From Candidatus Melainabacteria bacterium (GTDB lineage Bacteria > Cyanobacteriota > Vampirovibrionia > Obscuribacterales > Obscuribacteraceae): a stretch of 64,000 bases of DNA. The notes under the pieces were generated by a model. It was not told where the DNA came from. It saw only the letters and a program-made list of their open reading frames with translations, and did not search any database. The DNA lies in NCBI GenBank assembly GCA_963767815.1, contig CAVYFJ010000004.1, positions 501,800-565,799 on the forward strand, read 5' to 3'. Positions 30,527-38,788 of this stretch are shown piece after piece (within the stretch, counting starts at the first letter, position 1; each line of letters starts with the position of its first letter). The position numbers were made by a program, and so were the translations under genes.

Positions 30527-31896
30527 TATTTCGAACTATTTTTTTCTGTAGCCAATTCAAGCAAAGTGAGTAAAAGAATTTTTGTGCCTAAAATAATATC
30601 GTCTATATCTGTCCATTCAGCATGGTGATGGCTAACGCCTCCTTTACTGGGCACAAAGATCATACCCACTTCTTTTATCCGATTGGACATGTTGCAGGCA
30701 TCATGTCCAGCCCGGCTTGGCAATGTCATGTTGGGGATCTTTAGTGCCTCACAAATTTTCTTGCTTATCTCCATTATATTAGCTGAAAAAGTTTTTGGAT
30801 CATCTTCCGAAATGACATTATGAGTAAAAGTAACCTTATGCCGTTCACAAATTTCGGTTATTTCCTTAAGTAGTTTTGCTTTCACTTTGTCTTTTGACTG
30901 CTTGTCGGTGCTGCGTAAATCCAAAAACATTGTACATTTACCCGGCACCGTATTCATAGCGTTTGGTGCAACTGTCATTTTAGTTATTGCGCCCACTGTG
31001 CCCTGCGCGGATTCTTCCTTGCACAATTGATCGACCAATAATACACATTCAGAAGCTGCCACCAGAGCATTTTTGCGGTGCTCCATTGGTGTGGCACCGG
31101 AATGTGCTTGCTCACCAGTGATTTCAATCGCCCAGCGGGTAGGCATTGCTGCACCGCTGACGATACCAATCGGTATGCCCGCTTCTTCTAAAAAACCGGC
31201 CTGCTCAACATGAAACTCGACATAGGCATGTACTTTATCCATTTGCCCACGCGATTGCTCGACAGCGTTCATTGCCTTTTGCACATCCGAGCCGCCAGCC
31301 GATTTCCCGTTCACCTCGGAAAATGGTAGCGACTGCATTTTTTCTATTGCTTGTCCTAAGCTTACGCCCTGAGAATCTTGTAAAAGCAAAGTACTTTCAC
31401 TTATTTTCTCGCCGGTAAAAACTCTACTACCAAAAAGCCCCACGCCAAAGCGTGAAGATTCTTCCATGGCAAAATCTATAGCTTCAAGCGGATGAATCAA
31501 TTCATCTTTGACCTGCTGCAAAACCCTGAGCGCTTCAATGGCACAAACGACGCCCACCACACCATCAAAATGCCCGCCATTAATTACTGAATCTGTATGC
31601 GATCCGCTGAGTACTGGCTTATCGTCTGATTGGGCTCCCTGTAATCGGCCAAATATATTGCCCATCGGCGACACGCGAACTTCTAGTCCTGCCTCGGACA
31701 TAAGTTGGGTGATATAAGTTTTGCCTTTTATATCTAAGTCTGAATATGCAAGTCTGGTGACACCATCAGGTCCAAAACTTGAGTCTGAGATTTTAGCTAA
31801 ATAATCGAGAGATTTGGCTATTCGTTCTTTGTCAATTAAATCAGCCAGTTCCTTATAACGACTTAAGGCTGTACCGGTGCTAGCCATTCTTCTCAC
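30526..31896 (-). CDS. M20-family Zn-dependent amidohydrolase (carbamoylase / allantoate amidohydrolase type)
   Basis: 456 aa. SGSHTDSVINGGHFDGVVGV, GEQAHSGATPM, SKGGVSHH. Its stop overlaps the pyrB start. Confidence 0.8.
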   Translation of the reverse strand: MRRMASTGTALSRYKELADLIDKERIAKSLDYLAKISDSSFGPDGVTRLAYSDLDIKGKTYITQLMSEAGLEVRVSPMGNIFGRLQGAQSDDKPVLSGSHTDSVINGGHFDGVVGVVCAIEALRVLQQVKDELIHPLEAIDFAMEESSRFGVGLFGSRVFTGEKISESTLLLQDSQGVSLGQAIEKMQSLPFSEVNGKSAGGSDVQKAMNAVEQSRGQMDKVHAYVEFHVEQAGFLEEAGIPIGIVSGAAMPTRWAIEITGEQAHSGATPMEHRKNALVAASECVLLVDQLCKEESAQGTVGAITKMTVAPNAMNTVPGKCTMFLDLRSTDKQSKDKVKAKLLKEITEICERHKVTFTHNVISEDDPKTFSANIMEISKKICEALKIPNMTLPSRAGHDACNMSNRIKEVGMIFVPSKGGVSHHHAEWTDIDDIILGTKILLLTLLELATEKNSSK

Positions 31897-31992
31897 TTAT
31901 CTCTTGCAGACTCTTGCCAGTGTACATCAGGATTACCCGCTTCAGCAAATTTGTTACGCATCTCTTTTAATCATTGGCGCGTAAATTTAGGG

Positions 31993-32050
31993 TTGCGCTA
32001 GCTAGCGCAAGTGTAAAGTGCGTTTTAATAAAGCAAAAAATTGATTATAT
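31993..32050 (+). promoter_or_regulatory. conserved island leader, copy 4
   Basis: Perfect 18-nt palindrome TTGCGCTAGCTAGCGCAA at 31993-32010. GCGCAA-N15-TAATAA (32026-32031). Confidence 0.55.
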
Positions 32051-32430
32051 ATATCTAGTCTTACCGTTTGTCGCACAGTCCAGCGTCGCTGAAAATTATC
32101 AGCCAGTATTAAAAATGCGGCTAGTTGCTTCTACAAGACTGATTTTTTTCTTCCCATTTATTTGGCTTGCAGTTGACATTCTCGCTTGACTTCGCATGGG
32201 CAGAACAGGTTAAGCTAAGGCATCGTGTTTTTTGAGAGTCGAAATTCTTCCTAGTCCTGATTGAATGTCTATTTGTGCTGCCAAACTGAGTGCCTGCGGG
32301 CGCAAGTTGTGTGCTAGTCGCAAATAGGAATTTATTTCGGGACGACGAGGATGACGACGAGTTGTTTGCTCCGGCGAGATCGAGTCGTTCGGTTTGCGCG
32401 GAGCGTGGTGACTTTACGAAGGAGATTGAG

Positions 32431-32793
32431 ATGGGGATCATTCGACGCCGGTTTCAGTTTGGTTCATTAGGGGTCGAAGAGACGCTGGGTGCGGTCAACA
32501 GCCGCTTTCACAATCATGGATGCAGTGGACCGGAGACGGTCTTGCTCATACAGAGTCCAAGTTCGCTGGAGCTGTCAATCAGGGAGCGAGGATCCTCGAC
32601 GCATGTGTCCGGAACGGCAAGATCTCGCGAGGGCGGCTTAGCTGTATTAAACGGCGACCTTGCTGCCTGTCCGGGCTGGCTGCAGGATTATGTTGCCAGG
32701 GCCAGGTACCACCCCGTACACGGCCGGGCGAAAGCTGAACTACCAGGTTCGGCGAACAGTGTATTCAGGACAGGTTCAGGACCGTCAGCTTGA
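32431..32793 (+). CDS. island D protein 1, N-terminal part (probably continues by frameshift into 32660..33010)
   Basis: SD AAGGAG 6 nt before ATG 32431. MGIIRRRFQFGSLGVEETL resembles the N-terminus of island D protein 4. Confidence 0.4.
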   Translation: MGIIRRRFQFGSLGVEETLGAVNSRFHNHGCSGPETVLLIQSPSSLELSIRERGSSTHVSGTARSREGGLAVLNGDLAACPGWLQDYVARARYHPVHGRAKAELPGSANSVFRTGSGPSA

Positions 32794-33010
32794 TTGTGCC
32801 GTGGTGGAACTCTTGAGTCAGCAAGGCGACTTTCAAGCGGCCTTTCTGGAGGTTGACGGCGCGTCCAGCTTCGCCGATTCGCCGGATGACATCGCCGTTT
32901 TTCAGCAGCGGCTTGTGGATTTGCTTGACGAAATTTTCCGTGGTGCGCTCAGGGAAGAGACGCGCACGGAAGAACAGATCGCCTGGCAGTCCATGTATAA
33001 CGCAGTCTAG
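32660..33010 (+). CDS. island D protein 1, C-terminal part
   Basis: The frame shows G-rich first codon positions. C-terminal motif AAFLEVDGASSFADSPDDIAVFQQRLVDLLDEIF is shared with D2-D4. Confidence 0.4.
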   Translation: MLPVRAGCRIMLPGPGTTPYTAGRKLNYQVRRTVYSGQVQDRQLDCAVVELLSQQGDFQAAFLEVDGASSFADSPDDIAVFQQRLVDLLDEIFRGALREETRTEEQIAWQSMYNAV

Positions 33011-33073
33011 CCCCGACCCGGAGGTGTTGTTCGGCGAGCTTGTTTCTGACAGTGCGCGGCTCCGTGCCATGAT

Positions 33074-33262
33074 ATGGGGCATGTCCGGATCCACAAATCA
33101 TACCCCATCGACTTTGTGATCAGCGTCTGCCCCGGTGAGGTCGAGCCACATGCGTGGCTCGACGCCGGGGCATATACAAGTTTCCGTTTGTTCGCTTTCG
33201 AGGAGAATGCACGTGCACGATCCGAAAACTGTCCGGCGTACCTGGGTGATCAATTCCAATGA
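33074..33262 (+). CDS. island D protein 2, N-terminal fragment (likely linked through 33135..33413 to 33394..33834 by frameshifts)
   Basis: ATG-initiated ORF 64 nt after D1. Three overlapping plus-strand frames tile 33074-33834. Confidence 0.3.
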   Translation: MGHVRIHKSYPIDFVISVCPGEVEPHAWLDAGAYTSFRLFAFEENARARSENCPAYLGDQFQ

Positions 33263-33393
33263 GGAGGCTTCCAGAATTCGAGATCGGCTCGAGCACCCTG
33301 GTGCTCTTGAGAGGCATTACCGGTATTGTGGTGCATACACTGAACGTCGCCTGCTGCGCCGGGAACCTGGACCCCTGGGACCCATGATGCAAA

Positions 33394-33834
33394 TTGTTGT
33401 TGTCGATCGTTGACGACGATCTCGAGGATGGAAGCAGTCGGACAATTTCTTGGACGCAACCTACTTCGGTCGGTGCGCCGACAAGTTACTCGTATGACTT
33501 GAGCGATCTTGTCCCGCCGCTATGGGAGTTAATCCGGACGGCAATCAACCCCACGATTGAGTACTCGCTGAATCGTGAGTATTTCCAGGGGCATGCTGAT
33601 AATCTCCGGTCGGCGAATTGTTCTATTGTTCGTTTGACCGCGCCGGGTGCGCAAGAGTCGTGGTTCCTCGACTTCGAGGTCAGCATGATGTGCGACGATG
33701 GCGACGATCGTGTACTTCAGGTTGAGCATGCCCTCGACGTGCTGGTATGTGCGTTGATGGGGCAGGCTCGTCCGCCAGAAGTGACGGTCGACTTTGATCG
33801 CATCATCCTTGAATCCCAGCCGCAACCTGCCTGA
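33394..33834 (+). CDS. island D protein 2, C-terminal part
   Basis: 146-aa ORF containing SWFLDFEVSMMCDDGDDRVLQVEHALDVLVCAL. Its stop is 3 nt before the next ATG. Confidence 0.45.
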   Translation: MLLSIVDDDLEDGSSRTISWTQPTSVGAPTSYSYDLSDLVPPLWELIRTAINPTIEYSLNREYFQGHADNLRSANCSIVRLTAPGAQESWFLDFEVSMMCDDGDDRVLQVEHALDVLVCALMGQARPPEVTVDFDRIILESQPQPA

Positions 33835-33837
33835 AGA

Positions 33838-34614
33838 ATGCCGGACTGTGCGACCAGCAATCGTCGCACAGTGAAAAACGTCCAGCCAATCGAATCCTAC
33901 GCAGTAGCATGGCGCGGTGGATCAAGTCATACGACTTACACCGCGCCATGGCATTTCCCGAGATCGGAGAACCCACAAATGCTATTTCGCCAATCGTGCC
34001 GCTTCCGCATCAGTGATGTGTCCTGCGCCCTTGCGGCTGAGACACTGCAAGGCAATGATCCAAACGGACGTCCTTACCGGCGCCAGGGTACCGAGCAGTT
34101 TCAGTGCTTGCTGTGCCCTGAGCGAATTGGTTCGGCCGAGTGCCTCCTGCTCACGAATGGTCATGACCTGTGGGGCACAACTCGGTCCACCCTGAGCGGA
34201 ATTCTCAGTCGGTGCAGCCGCGAACCCACGGGAAGCACTGGCCCAATGGAGTTCAGGACCGAATTGGGCTCGGACCAGACCCACGACATACTGTCGACTC
34301 TCCTCACCGATACTACGGGCAGACAACTTCTGTCTTACCGACTCACACGTGAAATTTACTTCGGTACCGCCGAATGCTGGGATACCGAAATCGCTCTTAC
34401 CTCCTTGACCGACGGCAGCGAAACCATTGGTGATTATATCGAAATTACCATATGGGGACGGCTGGAGGACAGTAACGAAGAGTGCGAAAAAGCAGGCCGG
34501 TTGATTCCCGGCTTGCGATCGATCATAGCTCAGGGCGTGCGGCAAGACGAGCTGCGTGACTGGCCGCAGATTGCCTACCAGTACCAGCTCGCCAGGTGGG
34601 CGGCAATCACCTGA
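33838..34614 (+). CDS. island D protein 3
   Basis: 258-aa ORF starting 3 nt after the D2 stop. The C-terminal half looks protein-like (GDYIEITIWGRLEDSNEECEKAGRLIPGLRSII). The N-terminal half is less convincing. Confidence 0.4.
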   Translation: MPDCATSNRRTVKNVQPIESYAVAWRGGSSHTTYTAPWHFPRSENPQMLFRQSCRFRISDVSCALAAETLQGNDPNGRPYRRQGTEQFQCLLCPERIGSAECLLLTNGHDLWGTTRSTLSGILSRCSREPTGSTGPMEFRTELGSDQTHDILSTLLTDTTGRQLLSYRLTREIYFGTAECWDTEIALTSLTDGSETIGDYIEITIWGRLEDSNEECEKAGRLIPGLRSIIAQGVRQDELRDWPQIAYQYQLARWAAIT

Positions 34615-34784
34615 ACTGGCCGCAGTCACGCTGATTCCTCACAATGCAGGCTGCTTCTGCAGGAGATGAAAGGTTCTCAAAAGTGATCGCGTCGGAGAGT
34701 ATGCCGAAGACGACAGAGCTGCGTTCATGCGAGTCGCGCGTGCGGCTTGCACCGCAGCATAACCATGTTTCTGGAGGAAATGCG

Positions 34785-35456
34785 ATGATCACAAAGCGCT
34801 TCGCGCTGACAAGTTTCGAGCTTGCTGGAGTCCGACATCAACTAATTGGAAGATCAGATCTATATGCTCATGACACTGGCCAACGTGCTGAACAGGTCCT
34901 TTACCCAGGACCGTTCGGCGAGATCCAGTGGGTCATATGCCAGAAAAATCAATCAGGAATTGCGGAATTGACCTGTCTTCGATACGGTGCGGGAAACCGT
35001 CTGCTGGAAGAGCACCACCAACCGACATCCAGTGCCGGCAACGACGAGCGGATTCTCTATCGCGTGCTTGAGGGCTTGGGGGCGGTGCATGCCATTTCCC
35101 ACTACGTAAATAGGCGCATCTGGACTTTCACTGCGCCTAAGGCACAAGACCAGTTCTGCACCCTCCTCGATGGTCGAGTGTCCGAACTCACGCTTGTCGG
35201 TATCGCGGACCGAAATCAGGAAGAAGTCGCTGGCTATCTCGATGTGTCCATAGAGCGGAGACTAACGGACTTTCCGCAGAAAATGGCGGCACTCTCGCTT
35301 CTGCCTGGCCAGTTGTATCTTTATCTGCTGAACAGTTCTGGCAAAGACGAGCCGCGCAGCCATGAGCAGATCGTCTTTCAGTGCCTGGCAAGCGAAGAAG
35401 TACTCCACGGCGGGACTGTGGGTAAACCGAGGACTCGCATGATCGAATCGGACTGA
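34785..35456 (+). CDS. island D protein 4
   Basis: ATG 34785 with SD GGAGGA. MITKRFALTSFELAGVRHQL.. and AGYLDVSIERRLTDFPQKMAALSLLPGQLYLYL. Confidence 0.5.
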   Translation: MITKRFALTSFELAGVRHQLIGRSDLYAHDTGQRAEQVLYPGPFGEIQWVICQKNQSGIAELTCLRYGAGNRLLEEHHQPTSSAGNDERILYRVLEGLGAVHAISHYVNRRIWTFTAPKAQDQFCTLLDGRVSELTLVGIADRNQEEVAGYLDVSIERRLTDFPQKMAALSLLPGQLYLYLLNSSGKDEPRSHEQIVFQCLASEEVLHGGTVGKPRTRMIESD

Positions 35457-35547
35457 AAACCGATTGCCGCTGCATACGTAAGATCCGGACATCAATGATC
35501 AGGCGAAGCCGGATCCAAGCAAAATGCCCGAGCAATCTTCGGAGGGC

Positions 35548-35600
35548 GAAAGGAAGTGATGGCACCGCCACCACTTCCTTTCGTTTACCTTGGTTTTCTT
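35548..35600 (+). terminator. rho-independent terminator closing island D
   Basis: GAAAGGAAGTG-loop-CACTTCCTTTC followed by a T-rich tract. Confidence 0.7.
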
Positions 35601-35687
35601 TTCTATTTTTGTTTTGCCAAATAAAATTATGCGAGGAGTACTTTTCTTTCACTTAATCAAAAGGACACTGCCAGTGATTCGAAATTG

Positions 35688-35716
35688 TTGCCAATATAAG
35701 TAAGATATGGTATAAA
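35688..35716 (+). promoter_or_regulatory. sigma70-like promoter of the second TA pair
   Basis: TTGCCA-17 nt-TATAAA, about 35 nt upstream of the antitoxin ATG. Confidence 0.4.
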
Positions 35717-35751
35717 GTAATATTGTAAGGAAGTAATACAAGACTACTTTT

Positions 35752-35982
35752 ATGTTAACGCAATCCAGTCGCCTGACGAAAAAATTTCAAACTACTATTC
35801 CCCTGTCCATTCGAAAAGAACTTGGGTTGAAGTCTGGCGATATTATTCACTTCGAACTCCGTGATGGTGAGGCGGTTCTTCATAAAGAGACGCCGTTGGA
35901 TCTAGCCTTTCTGCAAGCACTTGAAGGACAGCTGACTGAATGGCAGTCCGAAGCCGATGAGGAAGCTTATCGTGCCCTTTGA
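35752..35982 (+). CDS. AbrB/MazE-family antitoxin
   Basis: SRLTKKFQTTIPLSIRKELGLKSGDIIHFEL (SpoVT/AbrB swapped-hairpin signature). Overlaps the toxin. Confidence 0.75.
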   Translation: MLTQSSRLTKKFQTTIPLSIRKELGLKSGDIIHFELRDGEAVLHKETPLDLAFLQALEGQLTEWQSEADEEAYRAL

Positions 35983-36319
35983 AGCCGGTGAGATTGTATC
36001 GGTGCCGTTTCCGTTTACTGACCGCTCGGCGCATAAACGCCGTCCTGCTCTTGTGTTGAGTACGAAGTCCTTCAATGATCGGCATATGCATTTAATTTTA
36101 GCCATGGTGACAAGCGCTAAAAATCCGCCCTGGCCAAGTGATATTGGCATTACTGATGAATCGAGTGCAGGACTTTCAAGCCCCTCAGTTATTCGCCTGA
36201 AATTATTTACGCTCGACGAAAGATTGGTGCTTGGTACATTAGGGAAGCTTTCAAAATCTGATAAGGCAGCAATGATGAAACGTATTGCTGTCACTTTGGG
36301 AATAACTGGGCACCGATAA
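35957..36319 (+). CDS. PemK/MazF-family toxin
   Basis: GEIVSVPFPFTDRSAHKRRPALVLS..LILAMVTS. A GTG at 35972 is an alternative start. Confidence 0.75.
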   Translation: MRKLIVPFEAGEIVSVPFPFTDRSAHKRRPALVLSTKSFNDRHMHLILAMVTSAKNPPWPSDIGITDESSAGLSSPSVIRLKLFTLDERLVLGTLGKLSKSDKAAMMKRIAVTLGITGHR

Positions 36320-36490
36320 GCGGATTGCTTTTCTGGCTATGACTATGGTAACTAACTATGGTCTTTCTATCACATTCGGTCAATCTTTCGCTTAAAAGAC
36401 GCTATTATATACAAGCGAAAATTAATCACCCTTTCGGGTGATCTTGTCGATAACAAAAATGGGGAGCACGGACTCCTATCGTCGCCCAAG

Positions 36491-36515
36491 CGGGCGGAGC
36501 AAGCCCCGCCCCTAC
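36491..36515. repeat. single REP (reverse orientation)
   Basis: CGGGCGGAGCAAGCCCCGCCCCTAC. Confidence 0.8.
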
Positions 36516-36589
36516 AAATCCAATGGGCAGGAACCAGTTCAAACAAACGGAACAGGCCTGCATTACCGAAAGGAAAATAACAACGACCC

Positions 36590-38668
36590 ATGACAGCCAG
36601 ATACGATGTAATTGTTATAGGCGGTGGGCATGCCGGTATTGAGGCGGCGCATGCGGCAGCTAAGCTTGGCTGTGAAACTTTATTGCTGGCGGTGAATTTA
36701 GACACAATCGGCGCCATGCCCTGCAATCCAGCCGTCGGCGGTCCCGGTAAATCGCATTTAGTCAAAGAAGTGGACGCTCTTGGCGGAGTGATGGGCATTG
36801 CTGCTGACGCCACTTATTTGCAGATGCGCACATTAAACATGAGTCGCGGGCCTGCTGTGCAGTCTTTGCGTGCCCAATCAGACAAGCGCGAATATAGCGC
36901 CTATATGAAACGCTTTATTGAGTCATTGCCCAAAGTAAGTTTGCGCCAGGGCATGGTAAAAAAAATATTGAGCGAAAATAATTGCTTAACTGGCGTGGAA
37001 CTGGCATTTGGCGAGCAAATTAACGCTAGAGCAGTAGTGCTTTGTGCCGGCACTTTTTTGGAAGGCACCATCTGGATTGGTCAGGAGACTATGCCTGCCG
37101 GACGAGCGGGCGAATTTCCTGCTCAGGGTTTATCACAAGTTCTCAAAAGCCTCGGCTTTGAGCTGGGCAGGCTTAAAACCGGCACCCCGCCGCGCATTGA
37201 TGGGCGGACGATTGATTACAGCCAATTATCTCTTGTGCCAGGCGATCCTCCCGGTCAATTTTTTTCCTTTTTAAAAGACCGCCCGCAGCTGCCGCAAATA
37301 CCCTGCCATCAAACCCGCACTACAGAGGCGACGCATGAAATAATCAGGCAAAATTTGCATCTATCGCCAATGTATTCGGGCTTAATTCATGGCGCTGGGC
37401 CCCGTTATTGCCCATCAATTGAAGATAAAATAGTCCGTTTTGCGCAAAGAGATAGCCATGGTCTATTTTTAGAGCCGGAAGGGCGCTCCACCTATGAAGT
37501 CTATTTGCAAGGCTGCTCAACAAGCCTGCCCATTGCCGTGCAACAGCAAATTGTTAATTCATTGCCTGGACTGGAAAAGGCAGTTATGATCCGCCCTGCT
37601 TATGCGGTGGAATATGATTATTTGCCGGCTATCCAGTTTAATCATGCTTTAATGGCCAAAAATTTGCCAGGCTTTTTTGCTGCCGGACAGATGTTAGGCA
37701 CTAGTGGTTATGAAGAAGCCGCTGCCCAGGGCATTATGGCAGGCATCAATGCTGCTCTATATGCTTTGAATAAAGCCCCTTTTACTTTGCCCCGCTCATC
37801 TAGTTATCTGGCAACTTTGGTCGATGATTTGGTTACCAAAGAGATTGCCGAGCCTTATCGTATGATGACTTCGCGCTCTGAATATCGCCTCCTTTTGCGC
37901 CAGGATAATGCTGATATCCGCCTGACACCGGCTGGTCGAGAAATTGGACTTGTTGATGAGCAGCGCTGGTCTGCTTTTAATGAAAAATATGAGGCCATAG
38001 ACAAAGAACGCCGCCGCCTGCAATCCACGCGCATCAACCCCACGCCTACCTGGCAAAGAGAGCTGGAGCCCTACGGCGAAGAGTTAAGACAGACAGTCAC
38101 TTTGGAAGAATTATTGCGGCGCCCAAAACTGCCGTATGCCGTGATTGAAAATCTTGCTCCCGGCTATGCCGATCAGGCATTTCCCTGGGCGCAAGAATTG
38201 GAAACCGAGATTAAATATGCAGGCTATATCGAAAGGCAAAAAAACCAAGTTGAGCAACTAGAAAAGTTAGATGGGTTGCCACTGCCGCAAGATATTTCTT
38301 ATCAGTCACTGCTTAATTTGTCTAAAGAAGCGCGCGAAAAGCTCACCCGTATTAAACCTGAAACCGTTGGTCAGGCGGGTAGAATTGCTGGTGTAAGCCC
38401 AGCAGATATTTCAGTGCTTATTGTTGCTCTGGAGATTAACCGCCGCCGACGCTGGAGCGAAGAATCAACGCCTGTCGAAGAACTCGTAGGGGCGGGGCGC
38501 AGTGGCCGAGGCAGGCATCAGGACTCAGCGGCATATGATATATGCCGCCAACGGTCGTCCTGTGCGTCACGGGTGCCACTGAATCCAAAGCATAAATGGT
38601 CCGCCCGCTCGGGGCTACCGGGCGACTCTTCTTTAAACGAGCAGAAACCTGCCCTGGTTTTGGGGTAA
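36590..38668 (+). CDS. mnmG: tRNA uridine-5-carboxymethylaminomethyl synthesis enzyme MnmG, with a REP-encoded C-terminal extension
   Basis: YDVIVIGGGHAGIEAA, GPRYCPSIEDK, AGQMLGTSGYEEAAAQG, GRIAGVSPADISVL. The last ~60 codons read through the REP at 38486-38608. Confidence 0.92.
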   Translation: MTARYDVIVIGGGHAGIEAAHAAAKLGCETLLLAVNLDTIGAMPCNPAVGGPGKSHLVKEVDALGGVMGIAADATYLQMRTLNMSRGPAVQSLRAQSDKREYSAYMKRFIESLPKVSLRQGMVKKILSENNCLTGVELAFGEQINARAVVLCAGTFLEGTIWIGQETMPAGRAGEFPAQGLSQVLKSLGFELGRLKTGTPPRIDGRTIDYSQLSLVPGDPPGQFFSFLKDRPQLPQIPCHQTRTTEATHEIIRQNLHLSPMYSGLIHGAGPRYCPSIEDKIVRFAQRDSHGLFLEPEGRSTYEVYLQGCSTSLPIAVQQQIVNSLPGLEKAVMIRPAYAVEYDYLPAIQFNHALMAKNLPGFFAAGQMLGTSGYEEAAAQGIMAGINAALYALNKAPFTLPRSSSYLATLVDDLVTKEIAEPYRMMTSRSEYRLLLRQDNADIRLTPAGREIGLVDEQRWSAFNEKYEAIDKERRRLQSTRINPTPTWQRELEPYGEELRQTVTLEELLRRPKLPYAVIENLAPGYADQAFPWAQELETEIKYAGYIERQKNQVEQLEKLDGLPLPQDISYQSLLNLSKEAREKLTRIKPETVGQAGRIAGVSPADISVLIVALEINRRRRWSEESTPVEELVGAGRSGRGRHQDSAAYDICRQRSSCASRVPLNPKHKWSARSGLPGDSSLNEQKPALVLG
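38486..38608. repeat. long-variant REP with an internal insertion
   Basis: GTAGGGGCGGGGCGCAGTGGCC..GGCATATGATATATGCC..GGGTGCCACTGAATCCAAAGCATAAATGGTCCGCCCGC. Confidence 0.85.
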
Positions 38669-38788
38669 CCAAACATTTGTAAATAGCCTTAATTCACATG
38701 AATTTGTCATCAAATATCGCCACGGATGATTATAGAAGCCTGTGGCGTGGCAGGTTAATAAATGATTAGTATGAGGTGATACCCATCT

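Noticed and set aside
33982-34629. Long antisense ORFs inside the GC-rich islands: 33982..34629, 32765..33094, 33120..33392, 35188..35652, 46130..46501, 46251..46613, 49884..50555, 50135..50473 and 10327..10623.
   Set aside because: High G+C suppresses stop codons in all frames. The leader orientation, SD-preceded starts, tight D2/D3 spacing, downstream terminators and G-rich first codon positions all favour the leader-proximal strand. One caveat: the 3' ~60 codons of 33982..34629 (MTIREQEALGR..ITDAEAARLAK) look protein-like, so a small antisense gene there cannot be excluded.
32200-35590. The GC-rich islands as IS elements, transposons, prophage remnants, or assembly chimeras or contamination.
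   Set aside because: I can recognise no transposase, integrase or phage genes and no terminal inverted repeats. A chimera is unlikely because only one edge of each island touches a repeated sequence. The islands are embedded in continuous host operon context with host-like 5' leaders. Contamination cannot be formally excluded without read data.
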